This document shows positions 18,156 through 62,553 of a stretch of 64,000 nt of DNA, in pieces. The stretch is from Amoebidium appalachense. Its lineage: Eukaryota > Protista > Ichthyosporea. The translations under genes were made by a program, and so were the position numbers. The stretch is from NCBI GenBank assembly GCA_963693365.1, contig CAVNZM010000005.1:6761888-6825887 (forward strand). The letters are read 5' to 3'. A model generated the notes under the pieces. That model was given only the letters and a program-made list of their open reading frames with translations, did not search any database and was not told where the DNA came from. Every line of letters starts with the position of its first letter. Within the stretch, counting starts at the first letter, position 1.

Positions 18156-19967
18156 CTAGTGATATATATGCATACACAGTGGATGGCATAGAGTATGCGG
18201 ACGTACGGTGCGCATCATGTGTCGTGTTGTATGACTATTCATGCACACTGGTCTAGAAATAGTCAAACTACTAACCATTGAAGACATGGGTTGCTTTGCA
18301 TTGAGTTTGACCCGAGCACCATTCATATTCAAGACGGATTGTTTGTGTTTTTTACATTGATTATTGTTTTGTTCACTTACATAATTTTCATTAACTTGTT
18401 GACCATTTATCTGCATTGCAAATACATCTGGTACAGTGGTATTAAAAGAAAGACAATTAAGAGGTTTAAACGAAAGCTCTGTCTCTGCTCTTCCAAACGG
18501 CAATAATAAATTATTTTGTCCGTCTGTAGCACTTTCTAAATAACTGAAATGGCCGACACCCCTCGGATCCAACATCACTCGCAGAACTTCCCTACCTCCG
18601 GCAGTACGGCCAACAAAGATAGTTCGACACACTTCTCTACCTTCGTCTAAATAAACAATCAAACGCCTACCGGTCAACAATGCAATCAATTCCATGAATC
18701 CTCCATTGCTACCTTCCACATCTATACTTAAACACCTCCATGGTATAGCTATATAGTTCTGAATATAGCGCACGTATGCATCCTCACTTGCACACCAACA
18801 TCGCACAATATTCAAAATGTTATTTTTAGCTATTAATTGTTCCCTCACTTGGCGTATTTCACCTACAACATCATGCGGTAAACTATTAGTCGAAATATTA
18901 ACCAGTTCCTCAGCTCCCAAACGCATATTATATCGCATATTCCCAGATTGCTCAATAATGTCGTCAATATGACGTACAAGACCATCAATTTGTTGTTCTA
19001 TCTGAATACTATACCGCAAAGCATTGATGTATGGACCCAAATCCCACACTTCACCGTTTATAAATCCTATACCACAAATTTCCTCAACAACCATTTCTCT
19101 TGCTTCACGAAGCTGTTTTGCTTGCATAAGCAGGTCCACTGCTCCTTCCCTGCTAACCCCCAAAACGTTAAAAGCACAGTCGAAATTCTGTCCTGAAACA
19201 TCATGACAATAATAAAGATGTGCATCATCTAGTCTAACAATCCTAGGCCCAGTAATTTCGCTCTTTCGAACACAATCTATAGTGGTATCCACACCACCTG
19301 CACACCACCTTTTTTTTACATATACCCCTTCATCGTGACCCCTTTTCACTTTTTGGTGTCTTAGCTGCCAATAACAAACCCACGCGCAAAAACATTTTCT
19401 ACCATACCCAGCCACGCTTTTTTCATCCTTGGTTCCCCTACAACCTATCCCCGAAAAATCCTTAGCAGCATAACAACATTTCAAATGTGCCTTGAGGGCT
19501 ATACGACGCCGTAAAAACTTTCGCAAACACACAATGCTCCTTTGACCACAACATACATCCCCTCTTTGAAATTCGCCAACACAAGTACGCAACTGCCCGA
19601 GAGCGTTCAATATGTGTCGCACGACAAGGTAAACTTCACCCAAAACACTTAATATACTTACCACGGCAACATTACCCGGTATCAAAAAATAAATAAGTGC
19701 TACACAAATGTATACAATAGACAAAATACATCCCAAACTACATAACCATCCACGCCGTTTTTTCTCATACTTCGATTCCAATTCTCTCCAATGAGCACTA
19801 CACTCCATACTATCCCTTCGCATCCCTTCACTCGTAACAAAATTGCGGCATTTCCCAACAACACCGTAAAGCAACACCATCAACACAAAAACATATAGTA
19901 CCCATGCGACAACATCCCGCTTCGTCAACACCTCCTTTCCAAACTCAAATAACACATCAAACATCAT
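18156..19967 (-). CDS. Intronless 603-aa protein: N-terminal hydrophobic helices plus putative OTU-like cysteine protease domain
   Basis: 1.8-kb uninterrupted, AT-rich, microsatellite-free ORF. Two to three TM-like segments in the first ~120 aa. HDVSGQNFDCAFNVLG (candidate Cys codon 19176-19178), ELIALLTGRRLIVY and GVGHFSYL (candidate His codon 18549-18551) follow the order of the OTU Cys box, variable loop and His box. Family assignment is by eye. Confidence 0.6.
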   Translation of the reverse strand: MMFDVLFEFGKEVLTKRDVVAWVLYVFVLMVLLYGVVGKCRNFVTSEGMRRDSMECSAHWRELESKYEKKRRGWLCSLGCILSIVYICVALIYFLIPGNVAVVSILSVLGEVYLVVRHILNALGQLRTCVGEFQRGDVCCGQRSIVCLRKFLRRRIALKAHLKCCYAAKDFSGIGCRGTKDEKSVAGYGRKCFCAWVCYWQLRHQKVKRGHDEGVYVKKRWCAGGVDTTIDCVRKSEITGPRIVRLDDAHLYYCHDVSGQNFDCAFNVLGVSREGAVDLLMQAKQLREAREMVVEEICGIGFINGEVWDLGPYINALRYSIQIEQQIDGLVRHIDDIIEQSGNMRYNMRLGAEELVNISTNSLPHDVVGEIRQVREQLIAKNNILNIVRCWCASEDAYVRYIQNYIAIPWRCLSIDVEGSNGGFMELIALLTGRRLIVYLDEGREVCRTIFVGRTAGGREVLRVMLDPRGVGHFSYLESATDGQNNLLLPFGRAETELSFKPLNCLSFNTTVPDVFAMQINGQQVNENYVSEQNNNQCKKHKQSVLNMNGARVKLNAKQPMSSMVSSLTISRPVCMNSHTTRHMMRTVRPHTLCHPLCMHIYH

Positions 19968-21360
19968 CTTCGTTTTTTACTCTTGATCATTCAACGTTCA
20001 GAAAGAAGTTCACTCGAGCTCTGTAAAACTGAAATGCCGGCTGTGCACTAGGCATCTTCAGTTGCCAGGCTCAGCCTCCATATGCGTCTAGCAAATTCCT
20101 CGGTGCTTTTCCTGACATCAAAACAGAAACGTTCTCCAATCCGCAAACGCTAAAAACAATAACCTATCAATCCGGCACTGGCGGAACCGGATCTAAGTAA
20201 CTATCTGCGTCCGCAAAACTGTAAGAATTCAATCCGTAGTCAATTTGAAAGCGCAAAACTCCACCATGCCTTAAGCAAAAAGCACAGAGAAAAAAAATAC
20301 ATAAACGGTTTACCAGCCTTTTCCATTGCCACTCAGTCAATCAGTAACACTCGCCAGCTTTGACAGCCCCCAGAAACGCGATTTTAGCTTATCACCTATC
20401 CCGCCAATCAGAATGTCCCCTATCTCAATCCGCCGGTCGGTCGGTTCCAACACGATCCATCGAGCAAAATCTAGCAGCATAATCAAGTTTTAAATTAAAT
20501 AAAAATTATTTTTATTTTATTTAGATTGGATAGAGATCAAGTTTTTAATTAGATTATTTTATTTAGATTGGATTGGATAGAGACGATCTCCAATCCGAAA
20601 GCGCCAAACTCCACCATATATAGGCAAAAAGCACAAACCATATATAGGCAAAAAGCACAGAGAAAAAACATAGAACAGGCGTTTTGACCTCCACAAACGG
20701 TGGACCCTCTAGGCTGACTGCCCCGCACACAGTCACAGGCTCACAGTGCCATAAGTGTATAAGTGTGCGTGTGTGTGTGTGTGTGTGTACGTGTGCCAGC
20801 ACTAACTTAGTGTGTGCAATAGTCTAGTAGAATACCTCTAGCATACTGTACATACAGGGGCCCCCTACAATACTGTATGTGCATACTGGAGCTCCTGTGA
20901 ATTCAACGGGAGCAACCGACCGAAATGATAATTACATAGTGCTAAGTTGCCGCGTTACCCAACGACGCAGCAAATATGGTCTCTCTAGCCTGAGTCTCTA
21001 CACAAGCATGCACAAGCTCACCCACTCAGGTCCTTCCTACAAGTGGAACGTCTAACTGCGTAAACAAGGCAAGCAGGCTGGGGGGCCACGGTCGTGATCA
21101 CACCACGTCCACCGTTGTCGTGGCTGGGCCGGCCAGTGGCTTGTGGCCCAGCCAGTCATTCTGACCCCTCAACTGCTACCTAGAGCACATATACGGTCAG
21201 CACGCCCCCAACAGTGCAGGGCCCCGGAAGTTCAAGCGCATATTGTTAAACACCAAAACTTCTATCACTTTCTGAAGATGTTTCACGGAAATTAGTGAAA
21301 CAATTCAGCATGAACTTAACCAAAAGTGCCGGCCTACGAGAATGCAAGAGCGAGAGAGGG

Positions 21361-21391
<31 letters not shown>

Positions 21392-21521
21392 AGGGAGGGA
21401 GAGGAGTGGGGAAAGGAGGGGAGAGAGACACCTGAGAAAGAGAGAGAGAGTCTCCGGGAGAAGAGATCTGAGAGAGAAGAGACGGAAGGGGGGAAGGAGG
21501 GGAGGGTGGGAGGGAGGGTGG

Positions 21522-21558
<37 letters not shown>

Positions 21559-21686
21559 AGAGAGAGTGCGCGTGCGTGAATAAGCGAGCCCCCCTCCCCC
21601 CCTTTTTTATTCCTTGAAAAGGCGGGAGGGGGAAGTGGGGGAAGACAGGCAGGGGGGAGGGGGGGGGGGGGGGCAGCAGGGGACGA

Positions 21687-23316
<1,630 letters not shown>

Positions 23317-24054
23317 TCTGTATGGTCACTGGCCCACAAGCACTGCACACGCACAGACTGAGTTAGTGGGGGAATGATATGCGCATAAACTATATATAAA
23401 CGCAGGGGACACAGAGGGTGCTTACGGGAGGTGCTTTCGTTGCCCTCCTCCCCCATGGTAAGCGGGTGATATGTTCCAAAGATCTAGGGCTGGGTGCGAA
23501 CTGCGAAGTGCTGGTTTACTCTACCTGTAAGATGACGTTTTCCAGTGGCTCACTGAGGAAAAAAGTGTTGCCTAAATACCTTATCTTACATGCCTTCTTG
23601 TCTTGCTGGTAAAGTAGGTTGATTTTTTGGTAGGCTGAAAATTTGGAATTTAGCTAAGATAAAATATGATGTCATGCTACTCTAACCTGCTATAAGAAAC
23701 AAGCGAATGCTAAACACTGGCCACAAGATGTTTGAACTGTTTTACACGTGCACCAAGAAAACAAGAAAACATGCACGTCTAGTAGTATAGGTGTTGAGAA
23801 ATATAAGAACAGAGAGAAGGACAGCAGGAAATATAGGCTTCTGTTTCTTTTTTCAAGCTGTTTAGGACTGTCATATAATAAAATCCACCTTAATATAGTT
23901 TCCGTTTTGAACTGGAAACAGCGGAGATCCGCTGCCAGGGGAAACACGAACACACACACAAACGTACGCACGCGAACACACACACACACGCACGCACACA
24001 CACACAAACACACTTAGCACGTGTAGCCCTTTTTGTGGCTTTTAAACCGTGAAA

Positions 24055-36151
<12,097 letters not shown>

Positions 36152-36793
36152 TGGGGTTATGTGCACGTGCGCTGTGTGTGTGTGTGTGTGTGACAGGCGC
36201 TGTGTGTGGTTGAAATTTCCGTAAACACAATGCAGCATTGCAGTAGAATCCTTTATATGTATGTGTAGTGCCGTAAACTATGCTATGCGTACCGCGGTGA
36301 ATTTGTATCTATTAGTTCCGTATTTGTGTCGGGGTACATTGTTTAGCCCGTTGATGATGGTGGCTGTAGACTAATGGTTGAATGAATGAGCGTCTTGCTG
36401 GTGTGTGTCTGTATATATATACACACATGCAGCAATATATGCCCATACACGCGTCTCTGGCAGCGATGGGCTCATGGGACGTTTCCGAGCAGTACTATTT
36501 GTTTATTTCTTTAGTTTTATTTTTTTTAATCATTATTTCAAGTTATTTATTTCGAAGGCTCTGGTCCAGGATGGGTGATGTAATTCTGAATTGGTTCCGC
36601 GGCACGGTGTCGTGCGCCGCGCCTGAGTAACTTTGCTGATAGGTTGGGGTGGCTTGCCAGACCGAAAAATCGGCATTATTATTCATGGGATGTCCGAAAT
36701 CTTGATGGGTACTTTGGGAAATATACCACTAATCATTGCTCATGAATATTACGAAATAATTCGGGGATTGTAAAGGGAAAGGGAGGTGGGGTA

Positions 36794-36827
<34 letters not shown>

Positions 36828-37388
36828 CAGAGTAGTGGTTGATTCCGGGATAAAGTACCAAGTATCCAAGTATGTTATTGTAGAGGCTCAGCTTTAGGCA
36901 AGACGTTGATATCGGCACAGAAGTATTAGTTCTGCCCTTAGTAAGAAACTGTACAATAAAAAAACAATATCTAAATTCCGATCTGGAATTCCAGGGCTGG
37001 CGGTCTTTATATGTAATATTATCCAGCCCCCCCCCCCCCCCCCCCCCCCCCCCCGCGGCTCGGGATCCTTCCCCCACAACACATTTTTATACGCCGACAC
37101 GTTTTGTGTGTGCACGGCGCAGCCGATCACGAAAAGGTCATCTTTAAAACACGCCGCCAGGTTAGCAGTCTTAAGCTTGAAGATGTGCACTGTCAAAATG
37201 AACAACAATGTTTGAAAGAAAATATTCGTGACAGCTGCAGTTCAAACTTTCAACCGTCTGTGTGGTGTTTTGTCATGCGGTAGTTGAGGCACTTGCCCAA
37301 CGGCTCAAATCCCAGCCGCGTGTAGAACTAATGTGCTCTTGTGTTGGTGTCGAGGGTTTGGATCTGCATTTTTGGTGGTGGTGGTGGT

Positions 37389-37437
<49 letters not shown>

Positions 37438-38010
37438 CTGAGTGATGTAGGTGTTAGAGGGTTGGGAATATGGAGGAGACACCAGAGGAAAAACTACAAA
37501 ACGTCACGAAAATGAACTCGAAAATTTCGAAATCAAACAATTTTGACTGTGCGGGCAGAGAACATTTGAACAGACTCTGAGCCCATCATCAGGGGGGGAG
37601 GGGGGGGGAAGGGGGGGGGAAGAAAGAAAACACGACATGCTTTACCTAGCCCCCCGCCCTTCTCACTCCAGTTAACCTTGGTTCCTTTTCATGTCGATCT
37701 GGTTCATTCACTAAAAATGCCAAGGCTTCTTTTTATAGCTCCTTCCCCCTTCCTCCTCCCCCTCCCCCCTCCTCCCCCGCCCCCCCCCCCCCCCCACCTT
37801 TCCCTCTGTCTCTCTCTCTTCCACACCCCCCCCTCCCCGGAGCCCCCCCTCTCCTTTTCTTTTATTATTAGAATTATTATTATTATCATTCTTATTATTT
37901 TGGGGGGGAGGGGGAGCTCGATGGGGTCAAGTACCTCATAAAAGGAAGAAGGAAACATAAACTCACATCATAAACGGGGGGAGGTAAGGCCGGGGGGGAG
38001 AGGTAGGGAG

Positions 38011-38051
<41 letters not shown>

Positions 38052-38104
38052 CGGAGGGGGGGAGAAGAGGAAGGGGATGGGGAGGAGGACTTGGGTGGAC
38101 ATAC

Positions 38105-38204
38105 ATCGATTCTGGGGCACCCGTTTGCTTTTGCAACTGTGACGATTTCCTCCATAAGTTGTGTCCCAACCCCTGCATTCCAAAAGGCTCGGTCACGTAG
38201 ATGT

Positions 38205-38205
<1 letters not shown>
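38105..38205 (-). pseudogene. GNAT-family (diamine/SSAT-like) acetyltransferase exon with a 1-nt frameshift
   Basis: cag|GAC ATC TAC GTG ACC GAG CCT TTT GG AAT GCA GGG GTT GGG...ATC GAT|gtatgt reads DIYVTEPF-/-NAGVGTQLMEEIVTVAKANGCPRID, the acetyl-CoA-binding motif A region. The exon is 101 nt, one short of phase 0. Flanking exons could not be assigned confidently. Confidence 0.6.
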
Positions 38206-38278
<73 letters not shown>

Positions 38279-38773
38279 TGTTTGTTTGTGTGTGTGTGTG
38301 TGTCGTGTGTGTGCTCCACTGTTTTGTGTTTGGAGGGGTGCAGGGGAGTTGGGTTTCAGAAGGCGGCAGGCAAGTACTAAGTCACCACCAATAACAAAAT
38401 CACACCACGAAAACATGTTTCATAAATTAGAATCACACACAAATCCAAAAACAACGAAAAGGTATTGTGCACTGCAAAATAATGTATATACGCAAGACCA
38501 TATGCATCGCATGCAACAAGAATAATGCCTATTATATCATATATCAGGGCAGCCCTCCGGCAGGGAAGGAGAGTTTGAATGCTTCATAAAGTACGAAGTA
38601 CGGCGTGGAAGGGGGGGGGGGGGGGGGGGGGGGGGGGGAGGGGGGGGGGGGGGGGGGGGGGGTGCACACGCGCCTATGGTGTGTAATCTTTTTTGACTTG
38701 TAATCATAGCCTTCACATCTATCTTCAGCCTTTCCGTTGCTATTTTATCCATCTAGCCCCCCCCCCCCCCCCT

Positions 38774-38804
<31 letters not shown>

Positions 38805-39264
38805 TCTTCCTACATACATAATAAACACAAAACACACACACACCAGACTCTGACCCATTTTGCCGAAAGGCAACACTTTTCTTAACATTTTTGATCCAAT
38901 CATCCTTTTCATCCTTCTCCTGCCTCGTTTCCTTTCTCACCCGTACCATGAGCCCCTCCTTCCTCCTCCTTCCCCCCTCCCCCCAACACCCCTCATACCC
39001 TCCCCCCAAAAGACCCCCCCCCCCCCCCCCCCACAAACTCACACACCTGGCACCGCCGTACCTGGAGCGTTGTGTTCCAGAAGCGCTGACGTCAGGATCC
39101 CGATGACCTGAAGGCCAATCACGGATTGCTGTGAGTAACACAACGCGTTCTAATATTAGAGACTTTCCGCTGTGACGGCCCTACTTGCGTTACTGAACTT
39201 GCGTTCGGTGGCATTGTTAGGGGGCGAGGGGGGGCCCCGGGCCCTCAGCCTCCGGCGGCGGCGG

Positions 39265-39311
<47 letters not shown>

Positions 39312-40042
39312 GAATTTCAACTTGCTGGGGAGAAAGGGTGATGTTCTCGGCTGTGGCTTTTATGGAGTTCGCAAGTAAGAAAATGAATGTAATTCTAAAT
39401 GTGTAGATGAACTAATATGATGCGATCTGCAGCTGCCCAGCTGCAGTGGAGTTGCAAGATTTTTGGTACTGTACTGCAGTTTACTCGCAGCCCACGTAGC
39501 TCAGCTCTGACATACATACTGTAGGGTTACCCGATGCATGAGCACGCCACTCGCGCAGAGCGAGGCATGATCATGATGGACAACACATGCAATACGTGCA
39601 GGGGGTTGATTGTTATAAAAGATCGTCTTGAACCCGGCTGACTAGAATTCAAGGGCTTTAACGGATCAAGGACAGCCGCATGCACAGAATCTGAGCCGTA
39701 ATATGTGGCGGAGCGCCACACGTGCACACACGAACGCATCAATTTGCCATTTCTAGCCCCCTCTCGGACTCCAAAAAGTTTCCCATGCGCACACACCTCT
39801 CGATCTCCGACTCGTCTAGAAGCTTCCCCCCTTCTCCCCCCACCCCCACCCCATTCACCCCTCCCAAGCACACACACACCCTATCATTGACATAGTGCAC
39901 AAGCTGAGCCTCTAGACACGTTGATGATCTGTGCAGGACACCGGTACCAGTTTATTAGGAGTGCAAACCAGTAGCATTCGAGCTCACAATGATTCGTGCT
40001 TCACCGGTGTGTGCATGTGTTTGTGTGTGTGTGTGTACACAT

Positions 40043-40118
<76 letters not shown>

Positions 40119-40467
40119 TGTGTGACACTGTGTGCGCACACGGTCTTCATTGTGTTTGTGTATGTGGGGGGGGGGGAGGGGAGGTTACAATCTATCTGAT
40201 CGAGGTTCCTGGCATTTTTGAATTCACACAGAAAAGTTGACGTTCAGTGACACATGCCCTTATATTGATGTCACGTGTAAGGCTGCAACGTTTCATTGGC
40301 CAATCACAAGGCAGTACAATATTACAATAACAACGGACGCGCAGCCCCACCTCAATCACACGACCAAAACTCTAACAATATGCCTTACGTACATTTTATT
40401 CTCATTAAAAAATCTGTTGCACAATGCTCCTTGATATAATAATGGTACATGTCATTCGACTCATACT

Positions 40468-40498
<31 letters not shown>

Positions 40499-40789
40499 GG
40501 GCGCACCCCTCACCCACCCAACCAACTCCCTGTCCATCCACTCCCAACACTTCTCCAAATACAAGCCAGTTAATAGAGTTAACAATGAACGTGTTAGTAA
40601 TATGAGCACCTCAAAATCCACACTCGAATTTAATAGTATTATGCACAATAATTATCATACGAATTCATGCGGGTTCAAGTGTGCATGACAGGTTCATATT
40701 CTAGTGCGCATCTGCATTTTTACCATACATTCCAACCCCCCCCCCCCCCCCTCCCCCCCCGTTTTTCCCGCTTCGTTTCCCCTTTCAGT

Positions 40790-58510
<17,721 letters not shown>

Positions 58511-61225
58511 GGTCGTGTGCAAGGTAACATATTTGCCTGGAGATTGGTTATGAATTGATTGTTGTATAATTAGGGATCTTTTTGAACCATGCTATGACCC
58601 AGCCCTGGGCGCTTGCCTAGGAAGGTGCATGAGCACCAGGAGCGAACGCTATACTCATTCTATACCAGGGCACATAATTCTCTGATATCTTTATGATGGT
58701 GTAAACATGACAAAATCGTTGCTCTCCACTACTAAAGTTTCAATTTGAAACTTTTCAGGGCTTTAGTGCGATGTGTGACGTCATCATGAGTGGCTCACAA
58801 AATAGACTACTGAACGAGCCGGGTCGAGTCCCGGTCCAGCCCGATTAACGATTCGGTAAAGCGGGTCGGGTCACAGGTTTGAGGGGGCTCTTTGAGAGGA
58901 ACACATGAATATATGTCCGGTTTTATCATTATCACTCTGTTAGGAAAACGGTCTAAAAGGCGAGACACAAATAGGCCACGTATTCGTTCACGTCTTAGAC
59001 CCCCCCTTTAGGTAGGCTATAAATTCCGCAGCGCCACACACATGTAGCCTCCCTCTTCGATTTTCGGTTCTCGACATACTGTAACGCAACTCATCTCAGG
59101 CCAAGGATATTCTTCTGTTGCACTGTCTCCACTTCTATGTTAGTTCATTGTTCACCTTCCTCCCTCGGTTTTCCGCCCCACTTTCCCGTCTTTCCCCACC
59201 CTCTCTTCTCTCCAAGCATGTCACATTTCCCGTTTTTGGCGCAGGAGTAAAACACTGGCTGTCTGCCCTCCACAGCGCTGGTGACGAACCTGCGCCCAAA
59301 GTGACGTCTTGACATATTAGCGGGCTGGTTGACCGCCACAGACTGCAGGTCATCTGCACCTGTGGTTCCGCTCTCGCCAGCCTGTCAGTCATCACTACTA
59401 CAGTTCATGTTCCTGTCCCATGTTTCGTTGCTTTCCCACTCTTTCCGTGTTTTTTTTCTTGCTTTGACGTTTTCTTCTTTCTATCTGTTGTGACTTTAGA
59501 AGAGCTCTTACTTTCCTTTTGTCTCTCCTCCGACTTTGCTGACTTGGCTCTCTGTGCTCTTGTGTTTTGTGTTGTTCGCCTTGCCCAGACCCTTCTACCA
59601 ACCCGTCACCTTTTTTTGCTTGAAACCCCTTTGTTCTTGCCCCCCCTCCCCCCCTCTTCCCCTGGCGCTTTCTCCTGCCGGCACTCTACCTCAAGATTCT
59701 GGAGGACAACAGCACCCCTGGCAGGTAAGAATTTGGACTATCTCCTGGTTCCTTTCTTGTTGTGCTGTTGGTAGTGATTACTTTTAGTCTGAACCAAGCC
59801 TGTTTATACTATCGCTGGGCTTTTTTCTTTTCTTAGCTTCTGACACGTACTTCCTTGTACAGGTTCTGTTGTCCCTTTGGTTGTGACGGCAGGGTCGTGT
59901 CCATATATGGTAAGAGCCCCTCTCCCTTGAATGATGTCAGAAAAATGTACATGTTGGCCCTTGGTGAGCTGTGCTGAAAAAAAATCAAATCACTCCATAC
60001 TGAAAAGGATGAATGAATCAATTTTTGCACGTCAGTCTGAGCTTACCGAACATGGATGTACTTTGTTTGCTTGTTGTTATGAAAGTTACTGATCCCTTCC
60101 GTTGTTCATACAGGTGGTTCATTCAGAACCTTCAAGGACCCAGTTCTTGACCTATATGGTAGGTTTCCTCTCCCTCCCTTCCTCTTCCCCTCACACATCC
60201 ACACAAGCATTACCTATTCTATGACTTCGTGGCTCGAGCCTCCCCCCCCCCCCTTCTCCCCCCTTAGTTTGCAAAGAGAGTGCAGTATGATGATTCCTAA
60301 AATTGACAAGCATATGTCCGACCCTGCTGGGGATACCTTTCCTGTCTGATTGCACGCACCCGCATATGTACTCTGTGGCTGATCTTGCCTGAAGCTAACT
60401 TTCGTCAACTTTCTACAGGTCAGAGCTCCTGGCAGTCGATCACCTTGGACACTCTCCAACAGCAACAATAATAAAAAAACAAATACAAAAAACGACTCAA
60501 GGAATGTTAAATGGAAATGGAAGTGACCGGCATGTTGAAATACTTGGTTTATGTTGGGTCCCTCCGAACCCCCTTCCCCACTCATGTTCACGTGTGCATG
60601 TCTGTTTTTATCAAAGCTTCATTTATGCTATGTTTGTAGGCTTTGGTTTTATTGTACATACTTCAATGTGGTCGTTGCTCTTTCGCTTCTCTTCTGCTTC
60701 CACCCCCCCCCCCCTTCTGACGGGTAGCTGTGTCCGTTGCGCGGGTACTTTCTCAAGTGAACCAAACGTTTATGCTACCACTTTTTGCCCTGGGGCGTCC
60801 TGACTAAGGCCGAAAGTGATCCTCCTGCTACCTTTTCACCTAACGTCCAAAAAAATAAGTGCTACCTCAGGTTTGTGCTAAAATGGTATATAAGCAAGCA
60901 CTCCTCATGGCTGCGTGTTGGGCACTGTTAAAGGTTTTGCCGTGCATGCGCAAAGGGCAGACAACCTTTATTTCGCTCACAGCGGACTCTAAATTCAACT
61001 GTACAAACGTGGTTGATTCAAAAAATCAACCGTCTGAGTACCAGTAGGCGTATATGTACAAGTCATATTTACAAAGCCACGGACTAAATTATATACATGC
61101 ACACGCATGTGTGCCTGGGTCCCACTAAAAATGCACTGGCCGTGTCTCCGACATGTATTCATGTAGCATGAAAAAAAAGGGTGTCTTCAAGTTGGGCCCT
61201 GATCATCAAGAACTATCTCCATCAA

Positions 61226-61654
61226 TCACTCTTCTTTTTCCACCTGTGTATCTGGCCCAGCAAACACGTACGTCTCCTTGTGCACGCACCCTCTGTCTGT
61301 GCCCGCATACTGCTTAAGCATCCACCCCTCCGCCTCCAAAGCATCCAACAGAGCGACAGTGGTAACTTCCTCGCTGACGTTCGCTGGATCAGACACCATA
61401 GCACAGTGTGTGTGTGGTAAGTGTCCTTGCGCTTGCGCGTGCGTGCGTGCCTGTGTATGCGTGTCTCCCTGCCCGTGTGCTTGAGGCTCCGTCCGCCCGT
61501 GCTGTACGTGCTGAAGTAGGTGGTAGGGGCATCGTGCAGACACACGTTTTAGAAGCTCCCTCGGGCCCTCTATTTCATAGAGACGGCCGGTGGTTGGGCT
61601 AACAGTTGCCCCCTCTTTTGTGTCATGATTGACAGTTAGAATGGCAAAAGGCAT
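61226..61654 (-). CDS. Small intronless protein (142 aa), paralog of 62554-62970; possible GFRP/KCTD-C-terminal-like fold
   Basis: Start context ACCATGCC. MPFAILTV..PTT..YEIEGP..LL..P.H.L and LLDALEAEGW.L..Y....G....E..VF align with the neighbouring ORF. Confidence 0.75.
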   Translation of the reverse strand: MPFAILTVNHDTKEGATVSPTTGRLYEIEGPRELLKRVSARCPYHLLQHVQHGRTEPQAHGQGDTHTQARTHAQAQGHLPHTHCAMVSDPANVSEEVTTVALLDALEAEGWMLKQYAGTDRGCVHKETYVFAGPDTQVEKEE

Positions 61655-62059
61655 GGTTGTGTGCGTTGAATCTGGCTCAAAGTGACGACTCTGCTTGTTC
61701 TTGTGCAATAGTTCAAGCGTTTTGTGGAAACAATGTTGGAGTTAGGTGTCTTGACAGGAATGATTGAGCGAACAAAAGATGGGCTGGGGGCAGAAGATAA
61801 TGTGTTTGTGCCTGAGCTGGTTGTGGCAAGATGATAGCCAAGAAACAGAGCTGCGCCGACGTAAAGGGCAGAAAATGATGCACCGTAAACGATACCTTCC
61901 ATTGTGTGAGTTTCTTTGACACGCGTGTGTGCTTTTCAACTTTTCCTCAGGCAAGTGTTTTTTTGTTCCTCTGGCAACGGTTGCCTTTTGTGTGTTGCAA
62001 GTTCACAACGCGCCACGCCGCACGCGCTTAATCATCTGACGCCCCATATGTTCTCACAG

Positions 62060-62155
62060 TTGATTGGCTATCGGTTATAATGTGATTGGTTCCCGATTTA
62101 GATGCGCGTAAGCGTGAACCTTAGATGGCCAAAATTAAACTGTTTTGATTGGCTG
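62060..62155. promoter_or_regulatory. Cluster of three CCAAT boxes (TGATTGG) in the divergent promoter between the two paralogs
   Basis: TGATTGG near 62061, 62083 and 62145, midway between the two divergent ATGs. Function is inferred from position only. Confidence 0.4.
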
Positions 62156-62553
62156 AATTTGTTTGGGTTGGCTCACGACTGAGCCACATGCTGAGGCCGA
62201 CAGCTGAGTCTGACGGGGGTGAAGTGAACTTGCGGGTGTGTTCACGTGTGAAGTGTGTGTGCAGCACGTGTGTGTGCGTGTGTCACGGTCGTGGTGAAAG
62301 ATCAAAAACAAAAAAGAAAAGAGGCATGGTACAGATGTCTCATATTTTGACATGTAGAGTGTCATGGAAAAGACACACAGGCAATAATTCGCAACTACGC
62401 AGTTTGTAAAAGAATGTACGGTACCCTGCCTCAGTGCCTTCGTCCATTTTACTGAGTTTCTACGTGTATTCCTGAATTCGCCAGTTATTAGGCTACACGG
62501 GTACAGTTATTGCTATCTGCTTAGTTCCATTGTGCCTACACACACACAAAACC

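Noticed and set aside
58776-58783. CRE palindrome TGACGTCA about 270 bp upstream of the NEO1 start
   Set aside because: A single 8-mer that also occurs at ~39087 and inside an intron at ~53488; no supporting evidence.
59290-60200. Minus-strand Lys/Arg/Gln-rich coding-like stretch (ORFs 59398-59601 and 59833-60030)
   Set aside because: Interrupted by several stops, no recognisable domain and no consistent splice model; at most a decayed gene.
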